Below, in pieces: positions 10,385 to 20,459 of a stretch of DNA of 32,000 bases. A model generated the notes under the pieces. It was not told the DNA's origin. It saw nothing but the letters and a program-made list of their open reading frames with translations, and ran no database searches. Position 1 is the first letter of the stretch, and each line of letters starts with the position of its first letter. Both the position numbers and the translations under genes were made by a program. The stretch is taken from positions 3,600,001 through 3,632,000 of the forward strand of contig NC_017080.1 of assembly GCF_000284115.1 (NCBI RefSeq). The letters run 5' to 3'. This DNA comes from Phycisphaera mikurensis NBRC 102666 (GTDB taxonomy: Bacteria; Planctomycetota; Phycisphaerae; Phycisphaerales; Phycisphaeraceae).

Positions 10385-10759
10385 ATGGGAGCTTCGCTCC
10401 TGATCGACATCCAGAATGACTTCCTCCCCGGCGGGAGCCTGGCGGTTCCTGATGGTGACGCGGTGATCCCGGTGGCGAACCGGCTGATGCCGGCGTACCG
10501 GCTCGTCGTCGCGACGGAGGACTGGCACCCGGCGGGGCACGGGAGCTTCGCGAGAAGCCACGCCGGGAAGAGGCCGGGCGAGGTGATCGAGCCGACCGGG
10601 CAGGACCAGGTGCTCTGGCCGGACCCTTGCGTGCAGGGCACGCCGGGGGCGGAGCTTCACGACGACCTCGATCGCGGCGGCGTCGACGAGGGCGACGGGT
10701 GTGACGATCTGCTGAACGGACCGGGTGCCACGCCCCTCGGGGGGTGGCGTTCTCGATGA
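10385..10759 (+). CDS. pncA: Nicotinamidase/pyrazinamidase PncA fragment, 3'-truncated (probable pseudogene)
   Basis: LLIDIQNDFLPGGSLAVPDGDAVIPVANRL...VVATEDWHPAGHGSFA...VLWPDPCVQGTPGAELH matches the N-terminal ~100 aa of the isochorismatase/PncA fold. Similarity ends near 10690 and the ORF stops at 124 aa. The catalytic Lys and Cys regions are absent. WPDHC reads WPDPC. Confidence 0.6.
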   Translation: MGASLLIDIQNDFLPGGSLAVPDGDAVIPVANRLMPAYRLVVATEDWHPAGHGSFARSHAGKRPGEVIEPTGQDQVLWPDPCVQGTPGAELHDDLDRGGVDEGDGCDDLLNGPGATPLGGWRSR

Positions 10760-10803
10760 CCCGCCACCCCGCAAGCGGCGTGGCACCCCGAGAGAAGCCA
10801 ACC

Positions 10804-11787
10804 ATGAACGTGACACCAACGAAGGAACAGATCCGCGGGTGCCTGCTCGGGCACGCGGTCGGCGACGCGCTGGGGGTGCCGGTGGAGTTCGCCGGGCGCG
10901 ACGCCCGCGACCGCGACCCGGTCACCGGCATGCGTGCGTACGGCACGCACCACCAGCCGGCGGGGACGTGGTCGGACGATCACTCGCTGACGCTCGCGAG
11001 CGCGGTGGCGCTGACGGAGCGCGGGTGGGACCTGCACGCGATGGCGGACGAGTTCACCGGCTGGCTGTTCCGCGGGAAGCACCTGCCCCGCGGGAGCGTC
11101 TTCGACGTGGGCGGGGCGACGCGGGAGGCGATCTCGAAGCTCGACCGCGGCGTGAAGCCCGAGGAGGCCGGCGGAACCCGCGAGAGCAGCAACGGGAACG
11201 GGAGCCTGATGCGGATGGCGCCGGCGGCCCTCTTCTGCGCCGGCGACACGCCGGAGGGGCGGCGGCTGCGCATCACGAACGCGAGCCGGCTGACGCACGG
11301 GCACCCACGGACGCTCGCGGTCTGCGCCCTGTACGCGGAGATCGTCGCGACGCTGGTGGCGGGTTCCGACCTGCCGAGCTCGCTCGACGCCGCACGCTCG
11401 CGGCTGGCGCCGGTCTTCTACAGCCGGTACGCCGAGGAAGAACCGCACCTCCACAAGCTGATGACCGCCGACTTCGCGACGCTTCCGCGGAGCGAGATCA
11501 GCGGCAGCGGCTACGTCGTTCACACGCTGGAGGCGGCGCTTTGGTGCTGCCTGAACTTTCCCGACGACTACGCCACGCCGGTGCTCGCGGCGGTGAACCT
11601 GGGGCTCGACACCGACACGACCGGAGCGGTGACGGGGTCGCTGGCGGGGCTGATCCACGGCGAAACTCGGCTTCCCGCCGGGTCTCGCGGGGACGCGGGC
11701 ATCCCGGAGGTGTGGCTGGCGGCGCTCACGCGGCGGGAGCACCTGGAGGAGGTCTGCCACGGGCTCGCGGGGGCGGTGTCCGCGTAG
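10804..11787 (+). CDS. ADP-ribosylglycohydrolase family protein
   Basis: IRGCLLGHAVGDALGVPVEF, GTWSDDHSLT, SNGNGSLMRMAP and LGLDTDTTGAVTGSLAG motifs. ATG 10804 is preferred over the upstream ATG 10744. Confidence 0.8.
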   Translation: MNVTPTKEQIRGCLLGHAVGDALGVPVEFAGRDARDRDPVTGMRAYGTHHQPAGTWSDDHSLTLASAVALTERGWDLHAMADEFTGWLFRGKHLPRGSVFDVGGATREAISKLDRGVKPEEAGGTRESSNGNGSLMRMAPAALFCAGDTPEGRRLRITNASRLTHGHPRTLAVCALYAEIVATLVAGSDLPSSLDAARSRLAPVFYSRYAEEEPHLHKLMTADFATLPRSEISGSGYVVHTLEAALWCCLNFPDDYATPVLAAVNLGLDTDTTGAVTGSLAGLIHGETRLPAGSRGDAGIPEVWLAALTRREHLEEVCHGLAGAVSA

Positions 11788-11890
11788 CGGGCGGGACCGG
11801 CGGACCCGTCCGCGGCCGAGCCCTTCTCCCGCTCGTGCCCGCGTTGCGTGGCGACGCGGCTGGCGCAGGCGAGCACGCGACGCTGTTCCC

Positions 11891-12050
11891 TTAGCGCACC
11901 GCGCGCAATTTTCCGATCGCCTCTGCGGGCGAGTCGTGCCCCTCGCTTCGGCGGCTGCATCGCCCTGCAGGGGCAGGGCTGCTTCGCCTCCTCACGAGGA
12001 ACACGACGCGCGGACGCAGGCCGATCGGAAAATTGCGCACGATGCTCTAG
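11891..12050 (-). mobile_element. 160-bp MITE-like long-palindrome repeat, copy 1 (inverted relative to copies 2 and 3)
   Basis: About 96% identical, by manual alignment, to the reverse complement of 25061-25220 and 28875-29034. Terminal inverted repeats contain GCGCAATTTTCCGATCG. Bounded by TTAG and CTAG. Lies between convergent genes. Confidence 0.8.
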
Positions 12051-12174
12051 AACGCCGCCGGCGAGCGGCGGACGAGCAGGAGCCAACGGGAGCGGACGGT
12101 ACGCAGCACGCCGGCGGGGACGTCGCGGGCGAGGAGATCGCCGCCGAGCGGGCGCCGCGGTCGCGGGAAGCTGG

Positions 12175-13734
<1,560 letters not shown>

Positions 13735-13739
13735 TCACC

Positions 13740-14300
<561 letters not shown>

Positions 14301-14322
14301 GGCGGGATCGTACGGACGGGGC

Positions 14323-16347
14323 TTAGACCCGGCCGGGCCGGTCGAGCACGAACAGCACGTGGCGGTGCAGGCCGCGGCTGAGGTGGCGGGTCTGGGCGGG
14401 GACGAGCTCGGCGGCGGCGAAGCGTCCGGCCCAGACCTGCTCCCTCGCGAAGCGCAGCGGCCCGGCGAGGCCGTCGCGGCCACCGCCCCGCAGCCCGTTG
14501 AAGAAGCGGTCGAGCCGCGTGAGCAGCCAGAGGCCGCCGGCGGTGCGGTACACGCTCTCGGCGACCAGCAGCCGGCCGCCGGGCCGGACGACGCGGACGG
14601 CCTCCGCGAGCACGGCTTCGGGGTCGTCGCAGTGGTGGAGGACGGTGAGCACCGTCGCCGCGTCGAAAGCGCCGTCGCGGAACGGCAGCCGCCGGCCGTC
14701 GCAGGCGAGCACGGGGGCGGCGGCTCCCGCTTCGGCGTCCACGTCGACCCCGACCGCGGTGAGGCCGGTCCGCCGCGCGAGCGCCGCGGTCACGAGGCCC
14801 TCCCCGCAGCCGACGTCCAGCAACCGCCCCTCCTCCGGGAGGAAGCCCGACAGCCGCGCCGCCTTCCACTCCGCCCGCGCCCTCATCAGGGGGCCGATCC
14901 ACAGCGGCCGGGCGTCGTGGAAGAGCAGCAGCACCGCCACGCCGCCCCACTCGATCGTCATCACCCAACCCGGCACGCCCCACGCCGGGAGCGTCGGGTC
15001 ATAGGCGAGGTGGGTGAGCGGGACGGTGGCCGCGAGCCAGAGCAGGGCCGGCCGGCCGACGCGCGTGAGCGGGACGAGCCAGAGCACCCCCATCAGGTAC
15101 CAGGGGTGAACCGTTGGGGACAGCAGCAGGTACGCGCCGAAGAGAGCGGCCAGAAGCCCGGGGATCCGCGCCGCGTCGCGGCCGCGCCACGCCCGCCAGA
15201 GCACCGCCGAAGCGACGCCCCCGAAGACCGCGAGCAGGAGCCGCGACGCGATCTGCGCCGAGAGCGTTGGGTCGCCCGTGCCGGCGAGTGCGACCCGCTG
15301 GAGCCCGACGAACAGCGGGTTGTTGAAGTGGAAATAGCCGGCGTAGAGGGCGAGCGACGCCCGCACGCCCGCGCCGTGCGGCGGGCCCAGCAGCGGCCAG
15401 AGCAGGGCGACGCCGGCGGCCGTCGCCGCCGAGAGCAACGCCCAGCGGGCCCGGCCGCGGAGCCGGGCCGCGAGGACCGCGGCCGCCGCGATCGGGAACA
15501 GCTTCACCGCGGCGGCGACCGCGATGCAGAGCCCGGCGAGCGCGGCCGCCGGGGGCGGACACGCCGGCTCGGCTCCGGCTCGGGGCGGGGCCGCAGCGGC
15601 GGTCGCCCCGGAGCCGGATCGCGGAGGCTCGACCGGCCGACGCGGAAGCACCAGGCCCACCGCCGCGATCAGCGGGAGCGTGAGCAGCGCCTCGGTGTGC
15701 ATCCCCCCCACGGCCTCCACCGCCGGAAGCGGGTGCCACGCGTAGAGGATCGCCCACCCCGGGTGCCGGCCCAGCCGCCGGAGCACGAGCAGGAGCACCC
15801 CGACGGCGGCGAGGTCGACCGAGCCGAAGATCAAGCGGAGCGCGGCGACGCCGCCGTCGAGCGTCCCGCCGCCCAGCGACCAAGCCGCCGCGAACGCCGC
15901 CTGGCTCACCGGCGGGTAGACCGAGCGGAAGCCGCGGCTGTTCATGCCGTGGAGCAGCCGCGTCGCCTCGGCGGACGGCGGATCCGCGGCGGCGGACGCG
16001 TCCGGCGTCGCCGCGTAGGGGCTGCGGGCCGCAAGCGACTCGCGGCCGTCCCACAGGTAGCGGTTGAAGTCGGTCGAGAGCGTGTCCGCCATCGGCAGCA
16101 CGAGCCCCCGCGTCAGCGCAGCGACGAGCAGCACCCAGACCGCCGCCTCCCGCGTCGGCAGACGCCGCGCCGCCGCCACGCCCAGGAGCCCGGCGAGGCA
16201 GCCGATCGCCCAGGCCGCCGAGACTTCCAGCGTCACCGTCCGCGGGTCCGCGACCGCCGCGTGCACCGCCGCCGGGCCGACCGCCCCGGCGGCCGCGAGC
16301 AGCAGCCACACCCGCGGCTGGGTTCTGCCGGAGGAGGAGCCGTGCAT
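14323..16347 (-). CDS. Polytopic GT-C-fold glycosyltransferase (DUF2029/GT87-like) fused to a C-terminal class-I SAM methyltransferase domain (674 aa)
   Basis: Many hydrophobic segments and a TVHPWYL motif in the N-terminal ~480 aa. The C-terminal ~190 aa carry LLDVGCGEGLVT, LPFRDGAFD and VVRPGGRLLV (Methyltransf_11-like). ATG at 16347. Confidence 0.6.
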   Translation of the reverse strand: MHGSSSGRTQPRVWLLLAAAGAVGPAAVHAAVADPRTVTLEVSAAWAIGCLAGLLGVAAARRLPTREAAVWVLLVAALTRGLVLPMADTLSTDFNRYLWDGRESLAARSPYAATPDASAAADPPSAEATRLLHGMNSRGFRSVYPPVSQAAFAAAWSLGGGTLDGGVAALRLIFGSVDLAAVGVLLLVLRRLGRHPGWAILYAWHPLPAVEAVGGMHTEALLTLPLIAAVGLVLPRRPVEPPRSGSGATAAAAPPRAGAEPACPPPAAALAGLCIAVAAAVKLFPIAAAAVLAARLRGRARWALLSAATAAGVALLWPLLGPPHGAGVRASLALYAGYFHFNNPLFVGLQRVALAGTGDPTLSAQIASRLLLAVFGGVASAVLWRAWRGRDAARIPGLLAALFGAYLLLSPTVHPWYLMGVLWLVPLTRVGRPALLWLAATVPLTHLAYDPTLPAWGVPGWVMTIEWGGVAVLLLFHDARPLWIGPLMRARAEWKAARLSGFLPEEGRLLDVGCGEGLVTAALARRTGLTAVGVDVDAEAGAAAPVLACDGRRLPFRDGAFDAATVLTVLHHCDDPEAVLAEAVRVVRPGGRLLVAESVYRTAGGLWLLTRLDRFFNGLRGGGRDGLAGPLRFAREQVWAGRFAAAELVPAQTRHLSRGLHRHVLFVLDRPGRV

Positions 16348-16380
16348 CACGCGGCCGAAGCTACGCGGACGCCGGCGGAT

Positions 16381-16426
16381 CCGCGGACCGCCGGCGCCGG
16401 TCGCCGTTACGCCCCGCGGTCCGCGG
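16381..16426. repeat. 46-bp symmetric element CCGCGGACCG-N26-CGGTCCGCGG
   Basis: Perfect arms. Intergenic, 13 nt downstream of the GH20 stop. Confidence 0.85.
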
Positions 16427-16439
16427 ACGCCCGCGGCGC

Positions 16440-18200
16440 TTAGAAGTTCCCGCTGGTCCGCACGGCGCCCGCGTCGGCTCCGGTCACCCGCAGCGGCTTC
16501 TCCAGCTTCCGCACCGAGTCCTCCAGCCCGCCGGGCCGCGACCGGATCGCCCACAGCGCCCGGTGCTCGGCCGCGAGCCCCTCGAGCTCGGCCCGCATCG
16601 CCGGGCCCGCGCCGGCGTCGCCGCCGCGCAGCCGCTCGCCGGCACGCCGGCAGGACCACCGCGCCAGCGCCGCCGAGAAGGCGGCCTCGCGGACCAGCAG
16701 CGCCGCCTCCTCCGTCCGCGTCTCGACGGATCCGAGCCGGCCGAGCACCGCGTCCAGCGCCGCCTCGCCCGCGTCGGTGTCCGCCGTCGACAGCCGCGCG
16801 AGCGGCTCCTCCGCGATCGGCAGCTCCGGCGCGTGCAGGAAGCGGAACCACCACGTCGCGTTGTGCCAGCGTGCGTCGCTGCTCTCGTAGGCGTTGGCGA
16901 GGTCCCAGAGGATGGCGCCAAGCCCGGGATCTTCCTCGTCGGCGGCCACGCGGGAGATCGCGCGGGGCAGGGCGTCGGTGTCGCCGTTGGTCCGGAGGCA
17001 CCACGCGACGCCGGAGCCGAAGACCAGCCCGACCCACGACACCGCCTGCGTCTGCCAGTGGCCGTGGTCGCCCCACTCGGTGTTGAGGTAGCCCTCGGCG
17101 CCGAAGCGGATGCCGGCCTCGGCGGCGTCCCGCTGGTTGTCGGTGGCGTTGCGGCCGCGGCCGGTGAGCGAGCACCACGACGACGTGCCGGGGCAGACGT
17201 AGAAGCGGACACCCGCTTGCTGGAACCGCTCGCTCTCGGGGGCGAAGCTCTTGATCGACTCGTAGTTCCAGTTCACCAGCACGCCCTCGGGCGGCAGCTC
17301 TGCGATCAGCTCGGGGTGGTTGAGCACGATGTCGCCGAAGTAGATCGGCGTCTTGCCCCGCTCGCTCACGCGGGCGCAGAGCCGCTTGAGGTACCCGAGG
17401 TAGACGTGAGCCTTGCCTTCTCTCTCGCAGGCTTCCTTGCTCTTGCCCTGGCCGAGGTCGAAGGTTTCGTCGCAGCCGATGTTGAAGAGCGTGGCGTCGG
17501 ACGCGGCGCACAGCTGGTCGATGAGGTCGGCCGACAGCTCGAAGGCCTCCGGCAGGACCGGCGCCAGCGAGCAGGTGCCCGGCCGCCAGCCCCAGGGGCT
17601 CTCGAAGCCCTCGTCCACCTCCGCGAGGTGGTGGTACGCCGGCAGGTCGAGCCAGCGCTCCATGTGGCCGAACAGGTTCTGGCAGGGGACCAGCTCGATG
17701 AAGTGCTCGCGGCAGAGGCGCTGGATCTCGCCGAGCTCCTCGAAGGTGAAAGGCGAGGCGTCCTTCCACGCGGGCTCGTGGCCGGCGTAGCGGATCGTGT
17801 GCTCGGTGTAGAGCTCCAGGTGGTTCACGCGGAGCCGGCCGAGGCGTGGGATCAGCGTGTCGCGGAGGAACGCCATCGACGGCACCCGGTCGCGGCTGCA
17901 GTCGAGCATGTAGCCGCGGACGGCGAGGTCGGGGTGGTCCACGATCTCGCCGCAGGGCAGGCGCTGCGGCGCGCCCAGCCGCAGCTGCCGCAGCGCCTCG
18001 CGGCCGTAGAAGAGGCCCGCTTCGTCGTGCGCGACCAGATCGACGCCGTCGCCGCGGACCGTGAGCCGGAAGCTCTCTTTTCGCCCGCGGTCCGCGGGGT
18101 CGACCCGCTCGCTCACCGGGGCGTCGGCGGCGGCGGTGCCCTCGGCGGCGGTGACCGATTGCGGCGCGGGAAAGAGGAACAGGTCGGGGAGGTTCAGCAT
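16440..18200 (-). CDS. Glycoside hydrolase family 20-like (beta-N-acetylhexosaminidase-like) protein
   Basis: IVDHPDLAVRGYMLDCSRDRVPS...LRVNHLELYTEH, FNIGCDETFDLGQG and NTEWGDHGHWQ. No obvious signal peptide. Confidence 0.65.
   Translation of the reverse strand: MLNLPDLFLFPAPQSVTAAEGTAAADAPVSERVDPADRGRKESFRLTVRGDGVDLVAHDEAGLFYGREALRQLRLGAPQRLPCGEIVDHPDLAVRGYMLDCSRDRVPSMAFLRDTLIPRLGRLRVNHLELYTEHTIRYAGHEPAWKDASPFTFEELGEIQRLCREHFIELVPCQNLFGHMERWLDLPAYHHLAEVDEGFESPWGWRPGTCSLAPVLPEAFELSADLIDQLCAASDATLFNIGCDETFDLGQGKSKEACEREGKAHVYLGYLKRLCARVSERGKTPIYFGDIVLNHPELIAELPPEGVLVNWNYESIKSFAPESERFQQAGVRFYVCPGTSSWCSLTGRGRNATDNQRDAAEAGIRFGAEGYLNTEWGDHGHWQTQAVSWVGLVFGSGVAWCLRTNGDTDALPRAISRVAADEEDPGLGAILWDLANAYESSDARWHNATWWFRFLHAPELPIAEEPLARLSTADTDAGEAALDAVLGRLGSVETRTEEAALLVREAAFSAALARWSCRRAGERLRGGDAGAGPAMRAELEGLAAEHRALWAIRSRPGGLEDSVRKLEKPLRVTGADAGAVRTSGNF
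18052..18097. repeat. 46-bp symmetric element CCGCGGACCG-N26-CGGTCCGCGG
   Basis: Perfect arms, inside the GH20-like ORF. Confidence 0.85.
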
Positions 18201-18292
18201 GGGACCGGGACCGGATCGGGTGTCGGCCGTGCGAGCCTAGAGGGAGCCGGCACGCTCTCCCGGTGCGGGACGCGCTGCTTTACGCTGCGCCG

Positions 18293-19954
18293 ATGAGCGA
18301 CGAGACGGTGCACACGAACCTCGTCGACCTCCACGCCCGCGCGGTGCGGCCGGCGACGATCCGGGTGGAGGGCGGGAGGATCGCGGCGATCCAGCCGCTG
18401 GCGGGAGGCGCGGAAGCCCGCGGGTTCGCGCTGCCCGGCTTCGTCGACGCCCACGTGCACGTGGAGAGCTCGATGCTCACGCCGGCGAACTTCGCGGCGG
18501 CGGCGGTGGTGCACGGGACGGTGGCGAGCGTGAGCGACCCGCACGAGATCGCCAACGTGCTGGGGGTGGAGGGCGTCCGCTGGATGCTCGACAACGCGGG
18601 GTCGTCGCCGTTCCGGTTCGCGTTCGGAGCGCCGTCCTGCGTGCCGGCGACCGCGTTCGAGACGGCGGGCGCCGCGCTCTCGGTGGCCGACGTCACCGGC
18701 CTGCTCGACGACGACCGGATCTTCTACCTCTCCGAGGTGATGAACTTCCCCGGGGTGCTCGGCGGCGACCCGGACCTGCTCGCGATGATCGCCGCGGCGG
18801 AGCAGCGGGGCAAGCCGGTGGACGGGCACGCGCCCGGGCTGCGGGGGGAGGACGCGCGGGCTTACCTCCGGCGCGGGATCGCGACCGACCACGAGTGCTT
18901 CACGCTGGAGGAGGCCGAGGACAAGCTGGCCTTGAGCGGCACGAAGGTCCTGATCCGCGAGGGGTCCGCGGCCCGCAACTTCGACGCCCTGTGGCCGCTG
19001 ATCGACCGCTTCCCCGGCCGTGTGATGTTCTGCTCGGACGACAAGCACCCCGATCAGCTGCGTCCTCCGGCCGAGGGTGGCTGGCACATCAACCGGCTGT
19101 GTGCCCGGGCCGTGGCCAACGGCTGCGACGTGTTCCACACGCTGCGGGCGGCGTGCGTGACCCCGGTGGAGCACTACGGCCTGCCGGTGGGGCTGCTCCG
19201 CGTCGGCGACCCCGCCGACTTCGTCATCGTGGAGGACCTGGCGGGCTTCGCGGTGACGCGGACGCTCCTCGGCGGCGTGGAGGTCGCGGCGGGCGGCGTG
19301 TCGCGCATCAGCCCCCCGCTCGCGACAGCACCCAACCGCTTCGCCGCCGAGCCGGTCGACGCCGCCGCGTTCGCGGTGCCCGCCGCAGGAGGCGCGACGG
19401 TCGCGGCGATCGTGCCCGAGGACGGGCAGCTGGTGACCGGCCGGCGGGACGTCGCGGCGACGGTGCGCAGCGGCGCCGCCGTATCGGACCCGGGCCGCGG
19501 GCTCCTGAAGCTCGCCGTCGTCAACCGGTACACGCCGGGCGTCGCGCCGGCCGTCTGCTTCGTCGAGGGCTTCGGCCTCACGCGCGGCGCCATCGCCGGC
19601 TCGGTCGCGCACGACTCGCACAACGTGCTGGTCGTGGGCGCGGACGACGAGGCGATGGCCGCTGCGGTGAACGCGGTGGTGGCCGAGCGCGGCGGGCTGG
19701 CGGCTGCCGACGGCAGCCGGGTGGAGGTGCTGCCGCTGCCGGTGGCGGGTTTGATGTCGCTGGCTGCGGTGGACGAGGTCGCCGGCCGCTACCTGGAGCT
19801 CGACGCGATGGCCAGGGCGATGGGCTCGACGCTGCAGGCGCCCTTCATGACGCTGTCGTTCATGGCCCTGCTGGTGATCCCGGCGCTCAAGCTCTCGGAC
19901 CGCGGCCTCTTCGACGGCACGCGATTTTCCTTCACCGAGTCGGTGACCGCGTAA
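18293..19954 (+). CDS. ade: Adenine deaminase
   Basis: GFVDAHVHVESSML, VDGHAPGLRGEDARAYLRRGIATDHECFTLEEAEDKL and GSVAHDSHNVLVVG. Alternative GTG start at 18263. Confidence 0.85.
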   Translation: MSDETVHTNLVDLHARAVRPATIRVEGGRIAAIQPLAGGAEARGFALPGFVDAHVHVESSMLTPANFAAAAVVHGTVASVSDPHEIANVLGVEGVRWMLDNAGSSPFRFAFGAPSCVPATAFETAGAALSVADVTGLLDDDRIFYLSEVMNFPGVLGGDPDLLAMIAAAEQRGKPVDGHAPGLRGEDARAYLRRGIATDHECFTLEEAEDKLALSGTKVLIREGSAARNFDALWPLIDRFPGRVMFCSDDKHPDQLRPPAEGGWHINRLCARAVANGCDVFHTLRAACVTPVEHYGLPVGLLRVGDPADFVIVEDLAGFAVTRTLLGGVEVAAGGVSRISPPLATAPNRFAAEPVDAAAFAVPAAGGATVAAIVPEDGQLVTGRRDVAATVRSGAAVSDPGRGLLKLAVVNRYTPGVAPAVCFVEGFGLTRGAIAGSVAHDSHNVLVVGADDEAMAAAVNAVVAERGGLAAADGSRVEVLPLPVAGLMSLAAVDEVAGRYLELDAMARAMGSTLQAPFMTLSFMALLVIPALKLSDRGLFDGTRFSFTESVTA

Positions 19955-20093
19955 GCGAAGGCCACCGCCCCGGCCTGCCGCCGACGGCGGCGGCGTCGAC
20001 CGTGCACGCTCGGAAGACGTGCGGACTTCGCTGCGCCTCCACGCTGAAGCCCTCCGGGCTCCACGCCGCGGCGGTGGTCCCCACCGACCGGAG

Positions 20094-20139
20094 CCGCGGA
20101 CCGTCGGCGTTTCGGAGCGCAAGACGCGACGGTCCGCGG
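20094..20139. terminator. 46-bp symmetric element (13-bp perfect stem CCGCGGACCGTCG / CGACGGTCCGCGG); candidate bidirectional terminator
   Basis: Lies between convergent ade (stop 19954) and uraH (stop 20142-20144). No U-tract. Confidence 0.55.
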
Positions 20140-20141
20140 AC

Positions 20142-20459
20142 TCAGGAGCCGCGGTAGCTCGAGAAGCCGAAGGGCGACACCAGCAGCGGGACGTGGTGGT
20201 GGGACGCGGGGTCGGTGACCTCGAACCGCACCTCCACGGAGGGGTAGAAGCACGGCCGCCCGGAGAGCGCGAAGTACGCGGCGGTCTCGAAGCGGAGCAC
20301 GAAGACGCCGGCACCGACCGCGGGAAGCTCGCCGTAGCGGCCGTCGGCGTTGGTGGTTCCCTCGGCGAGCACGGCGCCGTCGGCGTCGCGGAGCCGCAGC
20401 GACATCCCGGCGGCGGGCACGCCGAGGGCGGTGTCGAGCACGTGGGTGGAGAGGCTCAC
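20142..20459 (-). CDS. uraH: 5-hydroxyisourate hydrolase (transthyretin-like)
   Basis: LSTHVLDTALGVPAAG N-terminus and diagnostic C-terminal YRGS. The GTG start overlaps the upstream gene's stop (GTGA). Confidence 0.88.
   Translation of the reverse strand: MSLSTHVLDTALGVPAAGMSLRLRDADGAVLAEGTTNADGRYGELPAVGAGVFVLRFETAAYFALSGRPCFYPSVEVRFEVTDPASHHHVPLLVSPFGFSSYRGS

Noticed and set aside
12051-12174. Remnant of atpC downstream of atpD. The frame giving ...PRRPLGGDLLARDVPAGVLRTV... vaguely recalls the epsilon-subunit N-terminus.
   Set aside because: The resemblance is too weak and too short (about 40 codons, ending in the MITE) to support by eye. It would need TBLASTN or an HMM.
14323-17769. 1148-aa ORF suggesting one giant protein spanning the GT-C/methyltransferase gene and the GH20 region.
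   Set aside because: Upstream of Met at 16347 the translation is RPGA-rich nonsense. It overlaps the well-supported GH20-like gene, which is in another frame on the same strand.
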